From Auanema rhodensis (Eukaryota > Animalia > Nematoda), in contig OZ059898.1 in NCBI GenBank assembly GCA_964057225.1, positions 14,756,001-14,820,000 on the forward strand: 64,000 nt of DNA, written 5' to 3'. The notes under the pieces were generated by a model that was not told the origin of the DNA, did not search any database, and worked only from the letters and a program-made list of their open reading frames with translations. The position numbers were made by a program, and so were the translations under genes. Shown piece by piece: positions 1-13,400 of this stretch. The number at the start of each line of letters is the position of its first letter. Within the stretch, counting starts at the first letter, position 1.

Positions 1-186
1 TTTGGCATCTTCTCTTCTGAATTTCCACATTTTGAAATCAGCTCTCTTCTAAATCTCTTTTCTGCTTTTAATCGTTTTGTTAGAAGTTAATACGGGGCCG
101 ATTCGTTGTTGTTACTTTCCTTGTTCCTTATTCACTTCCTCGAGGTAAATGATAGAAGAAGTAGTATCATAAGAACAGTTAACGTG

Positions 187-258
187 TCCCATGTGGTCTA
201 GTGGTTAGGATTCGTGGTTTTCACCCACGCGGCCCGGGTTCGATTCCCGGCATGGGAA
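187..258 (+). tRNA. tRNA-Glu (anticodon TTC), representative unit
   Basis: TCCCATG/CATGGGA acceptor stem, D arm TGGTCTAGTGG (A box), anticodon arm CGTGG-TT TTC AC-CCACG, T arm GGTTCGATTCC (B box), 72 nt, no encoded CCA. Confidence 0.98.
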
Positions 259-264
259 GCCATC

Positions 265-268
265 TTTT
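265..268 (+). terminator. Pol III terminator (T4) just 3' of the tRNA, repeated in each unit
   Basis: TTTT 7 nt after the discriminator base; further T4 runs downstream. Confidence 0.7.
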
Positions 269-3200
269 GGCATCTTCTCTTCTGAATTTCCACATTTTGA
301 AATCAGCTCTCTTCTAAATCTCTTTTCTGCTTTTAATCTTATTCTTAGAAGTTAATACGGGACCAATTCATCATTGTTACTTCCCTTGTTCCTTACTCAC
401 TTCCTCGAGGTAAATGATAGAAGAAGTAGTATCATAAGAACAGTTAACGTGTCCCATGTGGTCTAGTGGTTAGGATTCGTGGTTTTCACCCACGCGGCCC
501 GGGTTCGATTCCCGGCATGGGAAGCCATCTTTTGGCATCTTCTCTTCTGAATTTCCATATTTTGAAATCAGCTCTCTTCTAAATCTCTTTTCTGCTTTTA
601 ATCTTATTCTTAGAAGTTAATACGGGACCAATTCATCATTGTTACTTCCCTTGTTCCTTACTCACTTCCTCGAGGTAAATGATAGGAGAAGTAGTATCAT
701 AAGAACAGTTAACGTGTCCCATGTGGTCTAGTGGTTAGGATTCGTGGTTTTCACCCACGCGGCCCGGGTTCGATTCCCGGCATGGGAAGCCATCTTTTGG
801 CATCTTCTCTTCTGAATTTCCATATTTTGAAATCAGCTCTCTTCTAAATCTCTTTTCTGCTTTTAATCTTATTCTTAGAAGTTAATACGGGACCAATTCA
901 TCATTGTTACTTCCCTTGTTCCTTACTCACTTCCTCGAGGTAAATTATAGAAGAAGTAGTATCATAAGAACAGTTAACGTGTCCCATGTGGTCTAGTGGT
1001 TAGGAATCGTGGTTTTCACCCACGCGGCCCGGGTTCGATTCCCGGCATGGGAAGCCATCTTTTGGCATCTTCTCTTCTGAATTTCCATATTTTGAAATTA
1101 GCTCTCTTCTAAATCTCTTTTCTGCTTTTAATCTTATTCTTAGAAGTTAATACGAGACCAATTCATCATTGTTACTTCCCTTGTTTCTTACTCACTTCCT
1201 CGAGGTAAATGATAGAAGAAGTAGTATCATAAGAACAGTTAACGTGTCCCATGTGGTCTAGTGGTTAGGATTCGTGGTTTTCACCCACGCGGCCCGGGTT
1301 CGATTCCCGGCATGGGAAGCCATCTTTTGGCATCTTCTCTTCTGAATTTCCATATTTTGAAATCAGCTCTCTTCTAAATCTCTTTTCTGCTTTTAATCTT
1401 ATTCTTAGAAGTTAATACGGGACCAATTCATCATTGTTACTTCCCTTGTTTCTTACTCACTTCCTCGAGGTAAATGATAGAAGAAGTAGTATCATAAGAA
1501 CAGTTAACGTGTCCCATGTGGTCTAGTGGTTAGGATTCGTGGTTTTCACCCACGCGGCCCGGGTTCGATTCCCGGCATGGGAAGCCATCTTTTGGCATCT
1601 TCTCTTCTGAATTTCCATATTTTGAAATCAGCTCTCTTCTAAATCTCTTTTCTGCTTTTAATCTTATTCTTAGAAGTTAATACGGGACCAATTCATCATT
1701 GTTACTTCCCTTGTTCCTTACGCACTTCCTCGAGGTAAATGATAGGAGAAGTAGTATCATAAGAACAGTTAACGTGTCCCATGTGGTCTAGTGGTTAGGA
1801 TTCGTGGTTTTCACCCACGCGGCCCGGGTTCGATTCCCGGCATGGGAAGCCATCTTTTGGCATCTTCTCTTCTGAATTTCCACATTTTGAAATCAGCTCT
1901 CTTCTAAATCTCTTTTCTGCTTTTAATCGTTTTGTTAAAAGTTAATACGGGGCCGATTCATCGTTGTTACTTCCCTTGTTGCTTATTCACTTCCTCGAGG
2001 TAAATGATAGAAGAAGTAGTATCATAAGAACAGTTAACGTGTCCCATGTGGTCTAGTGGTTAGGATTCGTGGTTTTCACCCACGCGGCCCGGGTTCGATT
2101 CCCGGCATGGGAAGCCATCTTTTGGCATCTTCTCTTCTGAATTTCCACATTTTGAAATCAGCTCTCTTCTAAATCTCTTTTCTGCTTTTAATCGTTTTGT
2201 TAAAAGTTAATACGGGGCCGATTCATCGTTGTTACTTCCCTTGTTGCTTATTCACTTCCTCGAGGTAAATGATAGAAGAAGTAGTATCATAAGAACAGTT
2301 AACGTGTCCCATGTGGTCTAGTGGTTAGGATTCGTGGTTTTCACCCACGCGGCCCGGGTTCGATTCCCGGCATGGGAAGCCATCTTTTGGCATCTTCTCT
2401 TCTGAATTTCCACATTTTGAAATCAGCTCTTTTCTAAATCTCTTTTCTGCTTTTAATCTTATTCTTAGAAGTTAATACGGGGCCGATTCGTCGTTGTTAC
2501 TTCCCTTGTTGCTTACTCACTTCCTCGAGGTAAATGATAGAAGAAGTAGTATCATAAGAACAGTTAACGTGTCCCATGTGGTCTAGTGGTTAGGATTCGT
2601 GGTTTTCACCCACGCGGCCCGGGTTCGATTCCCGGCATGGGAAGCCATCTTTTGGCATCTTCTCTTCTGAATTTCCACATTTTGAAATCAGCTCTCTTCT
2701 AAATCTCTTTTCTGCTTTTAATCTTATTCTTAGAAGTTAATACGGGACCAATTCATCATTGTTACTTCCCTTGTTCCTTACTCACTTCCTCGAGGTAAAT
2801 GATAGAAGAAGTAGTATCATAAGAACAGTTAACGTGTCCCATGTGGTCTAGTGGTTAGGATTCGTGGTTTTCACCCACGCGGCCCGGGTTCGATTCCCGG
2901 CATGGGAAGCCATCTTTTGGCATCTTCTCTTCTGAATTTCCATATTTTGAAATTAGCTCTCTTCTAAATCTCTTTTCTGCTTTTAATCTTATTCTTAGAA
3001 GTTAATACGGGACCAATTCATCATTGTTACTTCCCTTGTTCCTTACTCACTTCCTCGAGGTAAATGATAGAAGAAGTAGTATCATAAGAACAGTTAACGT
3101 GTCCCATGTGGTCTAGTGGTTAGGATTCGTGGTTTTCACCCACGCGGCCCGGGTTCGATTCCCGGCATGGGAAGCCATCTTTTGGCATCTTCTCTTCTGA

Positions 3201-6200
3201 ATTTCCATATTTTGAAATCAGCTCTCTTCTAAATCTCTTTTCTGCTTTTAATCTTATTCTTAGAAGTTAATACGGGACCAATTCATCATTGTTACTTCCC
3301 TTGTTCCTTACTCACTTCCTGGAGGTAAATGATAGGAGAAGTAGTATCATAAGAACAGTTAACGTGTCCCATGTGGTCTAGTGGTTAGGATTCGTGGTTT
3401 TCACCCACGCGGCCCGGGTTCGATTCCCGGCATGGGAAGCCATCTTTTGGCATCTTCTCTTCTGAATTTCCATATTTTGAAATTAGCTCTCTTCTAAATC
3501 TCTTTTCTGCTTTTAATCTTATTCTTAGAAGTTAATACGAGACCAATTCATCATTGTTACTTCCCTTGTTCCTTACTCACTTCCTCGAGGTAAATTATAG
3601 AAGAAGTAGTATCATAAGAACAGTTAACGTGTCCCATGTGGTCTAGTGGTTAGGAATCGTGGTTTTCACCCACGCGGCCCGGGTTCGATTCCCGGCATGG
3701 GAAGCCATCTTTTGGCATCTTCTCTTCTGAATTTCCATATTTTGAAATTAGCTCTCTTCTAAATCTCTTTTCTGCTTTTAATCTTATTCTTAGAAGTTAA
3801 TACGAGACCAATTCATCATTGTTACTTCCCTTGTTTCTTACTCACTTCCTCGAGGTAAATGATAGAAGAAGTAGTATCATAAGAACAGTTAACGTGTCCC
3901 ATGTGGTCTAGTGGTTAGGATTCGTGGTTTTCACCCACGCGGCCCGGGTTCGATTCCCGGCATGGGAAGCCATCTTTTGGCATCTTCTCTTCTGAATTTC
4001 CATATTTTGAAATCAGCTCTCTTCTAAATCTCTTTTCTGCTTTTAATCTTATTCTTAGAAGTTAATACGGGACCAATTCATCATTGTTACTTCCCTTGTT
4101 CCTTACGCACTTCCTCGAGGTAAATGATAGGAGAAGTAGTATCATAAGAACAGTTAACGTGTCCCATGTGGTCTAGTGGTTAGGATTCGTGGTTTTCACC
4201 CACGCGGCCCGGGTTCGATTCCCGGCATGGGAAGCCATCTTTTGGCATCTTCTCTTCTGAATTTCCACATTTTGAAATCAGCTCTCTTCTAAATCTCTTT
4301 TCTGCTTTTAATCGTTTTGTTAAAAGTTAATACGGGGCCGATTCATCGTTGTTACTTCCCTTGTTGCTTATTCACTTCCTCGAGGTAAATGATAGAAGAA
4401 GTAGTATCATAAGAACAGTTAACGTGTCCCATGTGGTCTAGTGGTTAGGATTCGTGGTTTTCACCCACGCGGCCCGGGTTCGATTCCCGGCATGGGAAGC
4501 CATCTTTTGGCATCTTCTCTTCTGAATTTCCACATTTTGAAATCAGCTCTCTTCTAAATCTCTTTTCTGCTTTTAATCGTTTTGTTAGAAGTTAATACGG
4601 GGCCGATTCATCGTTGTTACTTCCCTTGTTCCTTACTCACTTCCTCGAGGTAAATGATAGAAGAAGTAGTATCATAAGAACAGTTAACGTGTCCCATGTG
4701 GTCTAGTGGTTAGGATTCGTGGTTTTCACCCACGCGGCCCGGGTTCGATTCCCGGCATGGGAAGCCATCTTTTGGCATCTTCTCTTCTGAATTTCCATAT
4801 TTTGAAATCAGCTCTCTTCTAAATCTCTTTTCTGCTTTTAATCTTATTCTTAGAAGTTAATACGAGACCAATTCATCATTGTTACTTCCCTTGTTTCTTA
4901 CTCACTTCCTCGAGGTAAATGATAGAAGAAGTAGTATCATAAGAACAGTTAACGTGTCCCATGTGGTCTAGTGGTTAGGATTCGTGGTTTTCACCCACGC
5001 GGCCCGGGTTCGATTCCCGGCATGGGAAGCCATCTTTTGGCATCTTCTCTTCTGAATTTCCACATTTTGAAATCAGCTCTTTTCTAAATCTCTTTTCTGC
5101 TTTTAATCTTATTCTTAGAAGTTAATACGGGACCAATTCATCATTGTTACTTCCCTTGTTCCTTACTCACTTCCTCGAGGTAAATGATAGGAGAAGTAGT
5201 ATCATAAGAACAGTTGACGTGTCCCATGTGGTCTAGTGGTTAGGATTCGTGGTTTTCACCCACGCGGCCCGGGTTCGATTCCCGGCATGGGAAGCCATCT
5301 TTTGGCATCTTCTCTTCTGAATTTCCACATTTTGAAATCAGCTCTCTTCTAAATCTCTTTTCTGCTTTTAATCTTATTCTTAGAAGTTAATACGGGGCCG
5401 ATTCGTCGTTGTTACTTCCCTTGTTGCTTACTCACTTCCTCGAGGTAAATGATAGAAGAAGTAGTATCATAAGAACAGTTAACGTGTCCCATGTGGTCTA
5501 GTGGTTAGGATTCGTGGTTTTCACCCACGCGGCCCGGGTTCGATTCCCGGCATGGGAAGCCATCTTTTGGCATCTTCTCTTCTGAATTTCCATATTTTGA
5601 AATCAGCTCTCTTCTAAATCTCTTTTCTGCTTTTAATCTTATTCTTAGAAGTTAATACGAGACCAATTCATCATTGTTACTTCCCTTGTTTCTTACTCAC
5701 TTCCTCGAGGTAAATGATAGAAGAAGTAGTATCATAAGAACAGTTAACGTGTCCCATGTGGTCTAGTGGTTAGGATTCGTGGTTTTCACCCACGCGGCCC
5801 GGGTTCGATTCCCGGCATGGGAAGCCATCTTTTGGCATCTTCTCTTCTGAATTTCCACATTTTGAAATCAGCTCTTTTCTAAATCTCTTTTCTGCTTTTA
5901 ATCTTATTCTTAGAAGTTAATACGGGACCAATTCATCATTGTTACTTCCCTTGTTCCTTACTCACTTCCTCGAGGTAAATGATAGGAGAAGTAGTATCAT
6001 AAGAACAGTTAACGTGTCCCATGTGGTCTAGTGGTTAGGATTCGTGGTTTTCACCCACGCGGCCCGGGTTCGATTCCCGGCATGGGAAGCCATCTTTTGG
6101 CATCTTCTCTTCTGAATTTCCACATTTTGAAATCAGCTCTCTTCTAAATCTCTTTTCTGCTTTTAATCTTATTTTTAGAAGTTAATACGGGACCAATTCA

Positions 6201-8401
6201 TCATTGTTACTTCCCTTGTTCCTTACTCACTTCCTCGAGGTAAATGATAGAAGAAGTAGTATCATAAGAACAGTTAACGTGTCCCATGTGGTCTAGTGGT
6301 TAGGATTCGTGGTTTTCACCCACGCGGCCCGGGTTCGATTCCCGGCATGGGAAGCCATCTTTTGGCATCTTCTCTTCTGAATTTCCATATTTTGAAATTA
6401 GCTCTCTTCTAAATCTCTTTTCTGCTTTTAATCTTATTCTTAGAAGTTAATACGAGACCAATTCATCATTGTTACTTCCCTTGTTTCTTACTCACTTCCT
6501 CGAGGTAAATGATAGAAGAAGTAGTATCATAAGAACAGTTAACGTGTCCCATGTGGTCTAGTGGTTAGGATTCGTGGTTTTCACCAACGCGGCCCGGGTT
6601 CGATTCCCGGCATGGGAAGCCATCTTTTGGCATCTTCTCTTCTGAATTTCCATATTTTGAAATCAGCTCTCTTCTAAATCTCTTTTCTGCTTTTAATCTT
6701 ATTCTTAGAAGTTAATACGGGACCAATTCATCATTGTTACTTTCCTTGTTCCTTACGCACTTCCTCGAGGTAAATGATAGGAGAAGTAGTATCATAAGAA
6801 CAGTTAACGTGTCCCATGTGGTCTAGTGGTTAGGATTCGTGGTTTTCACCCACGCGGCCCGGGTTCGATTCCCGGCATGGGAAGCCATCTTTTGGCATCT
6901 TCTCTTCTGAATTTCCACATTTTGAAATCAGCTCTCTTCTAAATCTCTTTTCTGCTTTTAATCGTTTTGTTAAAAGTTAATACGGGGCCGATTCATCGTT
7001 GTTACTTCCCTTGTTGCTTATTCACTTCCTCGAGGTAAATGATAGAAGAAGTAGTATCATAAGAACAGTTAACGTGTCCCATGTGGTCTAGTGGTTAGGA
7101 TTCGTGGTTTTCACCCACGCGGCCCGGGTTCGATTCCCGGCATGGGAAGCCATCTTTTGGCATCTTCTCTTCTGAATTTCCACATTTTGAAATCAGCTCT
7201 CTTCTAAATCTCTTTTCTGCTTTTAATCGTTTTGTTAGAAGTTAATACGGGGCCGATTCATCGTTGTTACTTCCCTTGTTCCTTACTCACTTCCTCGAGG
7301 TAAATGATAGAAGAAGTATTATCATAAGAACAGTTAACGTGTCCCATGTGGTCTAGTGGTTAGGATTCGTGGTTTTCACCCACGCGGCCCGGGTTCGATT
7401 CCCGGCATGGGAAGCCATCTTTTGGCATCTTCTCTTCTGAATTTCCACATTTTGAAATCAGCTCTCTTCTAAATCTCTTTTCTCCTTTTAATCTTATTCT
7501 TAGATGGAAATACGGGACCAATTCATCATTGTTACTTCCCTTGTTGCTTACTCACTTCCTCGAGGTAAATGATAGAAGAAGTAGTATCATAAGAACAGTT
7601 AACGTGTCCCATGTGATCTAGTGGTTAGGATTCGTGGTTTTCACCCACGCGGCCCGGGTTCGATTCCCGGCATGGGAAGCCATCTTTTGGCATCTTCTCT
7701 TCTGAATTTCCATATTTTGAAATCAGCTCTCTTCTAAATCTCTTTTCTGCTTTTAATCTTATTCTTAGATGGAAATACGGGACCAATTCATCATTGTTAC
7801 TTCCCTTGTTGCTTACTCACTTCCTCGAGGTAAATGATAGAAGAAGTAGTATCATAAGAACAGTTAACGTGTCCCATGTGGTCTAGTGGTTAGGATTCGT
7901 GGTTTTCACCCACGCGGCCCGGGTTCGATTCCCGGCATGGGAACCCATCTTTTGGCATCTTCTCTTCTGAATTTCCACATTTTGAAATCAGCTCTCTTCT
8001 AAATCTCTTTTCTGCTTTTAATCTTTTTGTTAGAAGTTAATACGGGGCCGATTCATTGTTGTTACTTCCCTTGTTGCTTATTCACTTCCTCGAGGTAAAT
8101 GATAGAAGAAGTAGTATCATAAGAACAGTTAACGTGTCCCATGTGGTCTAGTGGTTAGGATTCGTGGTTTTCACCCACGCGGCGCGGGTTCGATTCCCGG
8201 CATGGGAAGCCATCTTTTGGCATCTTCTCTTCTGAATTTCCACATTTTGAAATCAGCTCTCTTCTAAATCTCTTTTCTGCTTTTAATCGTTTTGTTAGAA
8301 GTTAATACGGGGCCGATTCATCGTTGTTACTTTCCTTGTTTCTTACTCACTTCCTCCATGTAAATGATGGAAGAAGTAGTATCATAAGGACAGATAACGT
8401 G

Positions 8402-8473
8402 TCCCATGTGGTCTAGTGGTTAGAATTCGTGGTTTTCACCCACGCGGCCCGGGTTTGATTCCCGGCATGGGAA
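8402..8473 (+). pseudogene. Degenerate tRNA-Glu copy near the array edge
   Basis: T-loop/B box GGTTTGA instead of GGTTCGA, plus a D-arm change (TAGAATT). Confidence 0.65.
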
Positions 8474-9087
8474 GCCATCTTTTGGCATCTTCTCTTCTGA
8501 ATTTCCACATTTTGAAATCAGCTCTCTTCTAAATCTCTTTTCTGCTTTTAATCGTTTTGTTAGAAGTTAATACGGGGCCGATTCATCGTTGTTACTTCCC
8601 TTGTTCCTTACTCACTTCCTCGAGGTAAATGATAGAAGAAGTAGTATCATAAGAACAGTTAACGTGTCCCATGTGGTCTAGTGGTTAGGATTCGTGGTTT
8701 TCACCCACGCGGCCCGGGTTCGATTCCCGGCATGGGAAGCCATCTTTTGGCATCTTCTCCTCTGAATTTCCATATTTTGAAATCAACTCTCTTCTAAATC
8801 TCTTTTCTGCATTTAATCGTTTTGTTAGAAGTTAATACGGGGCCGATTCATCGTTGTTACTTCCCTTGTTGCTTACTCACTTCCTCGAGGTAAATGATAG
8901 AAGCAGTAGTATCATAAGAACAGTTAACGTGTCCCATGTGGTCTAGTGGTTAGGATTCGTGGTTTTCACCCACGCGGCCCGGGTTCGATTCCCGGCATGT
9001 GAAGCCATCTTTTGGCATCTTCTCCTCTGAATTTCCATATTTTGAAATCAACTCTCTTCTAAATCTCTTTTCTGCTTTTAATCGTTT

Positions 9088-9168
9088 GAAGGCGGTGCCA
9101 TTCCTCATTCCTCTAGTCGGTCTGGCTCTAACCCTGCAGTTACATATATAGAGTCTCCGAATGGAACG
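9088..9168 (-). repeat. Truncated 3' LTR of element 1 (first 81 nt of U3 only)
   Basis: Identical to 20787-20867; joins directly to + strand tRNA spacer with no TSD. Confidence 0.95.
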
Positions 9169-9866
9169 TGCCCTTTTTCAAAGATTGTCGCGACCTCGCG
9201 ATATTTTAAACAAAAATTTGGGCTTATATGTAACTGAGTTTTAGAGTTCAATTGTTTTAGTTTCACAATAACTATAGTATGATAGAGTTTTAATTAGTAT
9301 AAAAACAAAATTACAATAATTTATAAGAAGGGTTCGATATAATATAAAGTAACGATGAATTAGAATATTATTAATTTCATAAATTAATTCTCTTAATATT
9401 GAAGCATTTCCTAATAGAGATTGTAGAATAAGGGTCTAGTAATGAATGGGAATATGTTATTATTTTGACTAATGGTCTCAAGAAGTACTCATTTCTAAAT
9501 TGAACCGAGATTATGATTTAATAATGTGTCTCCATATGTCTCCCAGAGTGAATCCTTGATCACTAATGGAGACTACCACTTAAGATGAAATTGTGGTTTA
9601 TACGCCTACCAGTGTTTATCTAATCTTATTTGAGGAGGCACATGCAGCTCTGATGGTTGTCAAAATGTCCTCTAGTCCGCATAGGATTACGGTAACTTGG
9701 AACCATTAGTCATAACATCTCCTCGTTTAGAATTTGCCTTATTTTTCCTTTTTCAATCTCTATTAAAAGCTATTTTTATTTTGAATGTTATTTAGCATTA
9801 ATTTTTTTTTTCTAATTCATCGTTATTTTGTTACAATAATTAGAATAATGTAGCATTATCTTGTTG

Positions 9867-10488
9867 TTATTCTTCTTCATTCCTCGGAAGCCATATTTCG
9901 TCTTCATTTTCATCTTCTGGCTCTGTATCTATGCTATCCTTGTTGTTCCTGTTGATCACTTTTATTATTTCGATGTCGCTATCTTCTTCTGCTTGACTTT
10001 CTCGAAGTCTTGCGCGAGTGTTGTAAGAGATGTTTTGTGAAGCAGGAGAGAAGATTTTCAAGTTATCTTTGTGGATATCTTGTAGTTTTCCTGATGAATT
10101 TCTGATTTGAACTTTTGATCCTTCTACGTTGATGACTTCGTATGGTCCATCATAGCTTTTCCGAAGCTTTTGGCCGATTTGGTGTGATTTTATGGTCGTC
10201 ATCACCATGTCGCCCGGTTGAATGTCTCTATGGTGTGCTCTTTGCGTTCTATCCTTCTTCTTTTTTGCATTTTCTTGATTTTTAGCTATGCGGTTCTTTA
10301 TTATTTCGTCTCTCTTGTCCATATCTGGTCTTCTTTGGAGTAATTCTTCAGAAATTTCTTGAATTTTGGTGATCGTTTCTGGTAATTCAGCGTCCATTGA
10401 CATTCTGCATTCTTTACCAAATAATGCAATGTATGGCGCAATCCCTGTAGTCGCGTGCTGAATATTGTTTATAGCAAAAGTGATTTTT
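9867..10488 (-). pseudogene. Frameshifted C-terminal part of element 1 integrase (end of core plus GPY/F module and acidic tail)
   Basis: Alternate frame reads ITFAINNIQHATTGIAPYIALFG then ...LRKSYDGPYEVI; adding one A to the A5 run (plus-strand T5 at 10484-10488) restores one continuous ORF. Confidence 0.9.
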
Positions 10489-13400
10489 GTAATACAGTAT
10501 CCCAGTCACTAAGGTCCTCTTTTAAGTAGTGGGTTAATCCTTCTTCGAGGGTTCTGTGAAGTCTTTCCACTTGTCCATTTGAGTTCTTTTGGTGTGGTAG
10601 TGTTGGTTCATGTTTGATTCCAAGTTTAGTACACATTTCTTCGAACTTTTTGGATACAAAGTTCGAACCTCTATCGGTGATCAAGCGATGGGGTGGTCCA
10701 AAAATGTAAACGAAATGTCGTAGAAATCGGTCAATTGTGATTTCCGTTGTTATTTGTGGTACAGCAATTGTTGTTGACCATTTTGTAAATGCGTCTTGCA
10801 TGGTAATGACGTAGGTACAGTTTCTTTTTGAAGGGGGAAATGGTCCCATTACGTCCATGTGGACTCGTTCAAATGGCTTGCTTGGTATCTCAAAATGACC
10901 TATTGGTTGTACCGTCATGGAATGTGGATCTTTTTTTCTTTGAGCACATTTAATGCAGTTCTTGATGAATATAGTAATGTCGTTCTGCATATTTGTCCAA
11001 TAGAATCTTCTTAGAATAGCTTCTTTTGTTTTAATAATTCCTTGATGTGCTGCAATTGTAGGATCCTCATGAAAAACTTTGATTATTTCCTCAATTATGG
11101 GGTGTTCTTGTGGTATTACGATAGCGGGTTGTGGCTTTTTGTCTGTTGGTTTTGTATATAGCAAGTCGTTTATGACACAATATCTGTCATTAGCTGTCAT
11201 GTTCTTTTGTGCTCTATATTCAATCTCCGCTATCGTCCGTTTAATCCAAGGGGTGTTTAGTTGAATTTCCTTTATTGTTGGTGTATTTATGGCGTTAATG
11301 TGAATTTCTTCCATTTTCTTCTTCTTTGTTTCCGGCTTAGCATCGTTAGCTTCTTCACCTATATATCGAGATAGAGCATCGCATACTTTATTTAATTGGC
11401 CTGCGCGATATTTTATTTCAATATCATATTCTTGGATGACCAGCTGGAACTTCGCAAGACGACCAAATAAGTCTCTGCGTGTCATTAAGCTGGTAAGGGG
11501 TCGATGGTCCGTAATACATATAGTATGAGTTCCAAGAATGTATGTACGGAATTGATTTAATGCATATACAAGGCCTAATGCTTCTATCTCGATTGGTGCG
11601 TAGTTACGTTCGGCTTTAACTAGTTTTCTGCTTGCAAATGCGATAGGGTGTAGATTTTTCAGAGGTTGTTTTGGATCTTCCGGTTGTAATAATACAGCAC
11701 CTATGGCGATGTTACTACCGTCGCTTTCAACTATAAACAAACGGTCCGATTTAGGTGGGCTTAAAACGGGTGCCTGTATTAAACTTCTTTTAAGGAGGTC
11801 TAAAGCTTCTTGATGTTTGTTTTCCCATTTGAATTCAGTATCTGCCTTTGTCAGATCGTATAAAGGGCTTGCGATACGTGCAAAATCTTTCATGAATTTG
11901 CGAAAGAATCCAACCATTCCCAAGAATGCTCGTACACCTGTTGCATTCTTTGGTGCCGGATAATCTTGTATGGCGGCGACTTTTTGAGGGTCAGGTTTTA
12001 TACCTTGACGTCCTACAATAAGTCCTAGAAATTTCACTTCTGGTTGAGCAAAAGCGCATTTCTTAAGCTTTATCTTCATTCCCAATTCTTCTACTGCTTG
12101 CAGTAAATCATCGATATCTTTGAGATGTTGTTCTCTTGTATCAGATATAACTAATAGATCGTCCAAGTAAACAAATAGTTTACAAGAACATTTACTTTGC
12201 AAATACCTTACTGCTGTTTGAAAGGTATGAGGGGCTCCACAAAGGCCCATCGGCATCCGTTTGTACTGGTATGTGCCGGATGTGGTCGTAAATGCTGTTA
12301 GTGGTCGATCTGATTTTCTCAAGGATATTTGAAAAAATCCTGACACTAAATCGAAGTTTGAGAAAAATTGGGCGCCTGCTGCCAAATCAACTATGTCAGA
12401 AATGCTTGGAATGACATAAGTTTGCTTGCGTGTGACATTATTTAAAGCTCGAAAATCTGTCACAAACCTATACGTGTCATCTTTCTTCTTAACTAGTACT
12501 ACAGGGCTATTAAATAGAGATGTAGAAGGCTCTATTATGCCTTGCTCAAGCATTTCTTTGACTTGCTTTTCAATTTCTTCCTGTTTTCCTAAGGGAATAC
12601 GTGTTATTCTCGGCTTTGGCATATCCATATCTGTTCTCAATGGTATGGTATGCTCTATAGGACCTTTAAATAATCCTATTTTCCTGTCCTCGTTAAGAAA
12701 TGCCTCACGATGGCTTTCAATTATTTTTGTAAGCTCATGTTTTTCTTCTTTCGTGAGATCAGCATTCTCTAGATCAAGATCTTTTATGAAGTGTCTTGGA
12801 AAATATGGTAGTTTACTCTCCCAATCGGCTTCTGGCGGAACATATGGTAGAATTGGCTTATGCTTAAAGGGTTCACAAGCCGGAATTTCTCCAATTATTG
12901 CCTGCCCGATGACTGAATTAGCTTCCATAGCTATTGTTTCATCGGTATCGTTACGGAACATAACATATACTCCACTGGTATCACGAAACGCAGTTGGATA
13001 TAATGATTTTAATGCGCTTCCACTATCCCCTAAGACAACCACTTCGTTAGATTCTAGTGGTTTATCTGTCTTTATTGGGATAGGTGCCTCTTCATCAGGC
13101 TTTAATGTTTTTGTTCTTAAATTAATGATATTCACAGTTATCTCCGTATGCTTAATAGATTCGTTTCCTATTAATGGGATGGCATTGTTTCCAATCTCCA
13201 ACCTCTTCTTGGATGGTTTAAGGCTGACGTCGATGTTTTCGCTGTCAAGCGCTTTCATGAAATCTAGTCCAATTAAAGCGGGAGCAGGACAGTCATGATC
13301 GTTTGAGACCAAAAAGGTGTGTTCGATCTCGTAACCGGCAATTTCAATTACAAGATTTATCTTTCCATAAAATGTGAAAGTGGACTTGTTGGCTGCCATC

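Larger units (their letters stand above)
1..9087 (+). repeat. Tandem tRNA-Glu(TTC) gene array, segment A1: 265-bp unit, 34 tRNA genes (first 187-258, last 8932-9003); continues left of the window
   Basis: tRNA starts at 187, 452, 717 ... 8932 (8932-187 = 33 x 265); spacers are near-identical with a few recurrent SNPs. Confidence 0.98.

Noticed and set aside
1-9087. Regular repeat resembling a CRISPR array or a tRNA-derived SINE cluster
   Set aside because: Spacers are near-identical rather than unique, there are no cas genes, and each unit holds a complete canonical tRNA with a terminator and no poly(A) tail or TSD
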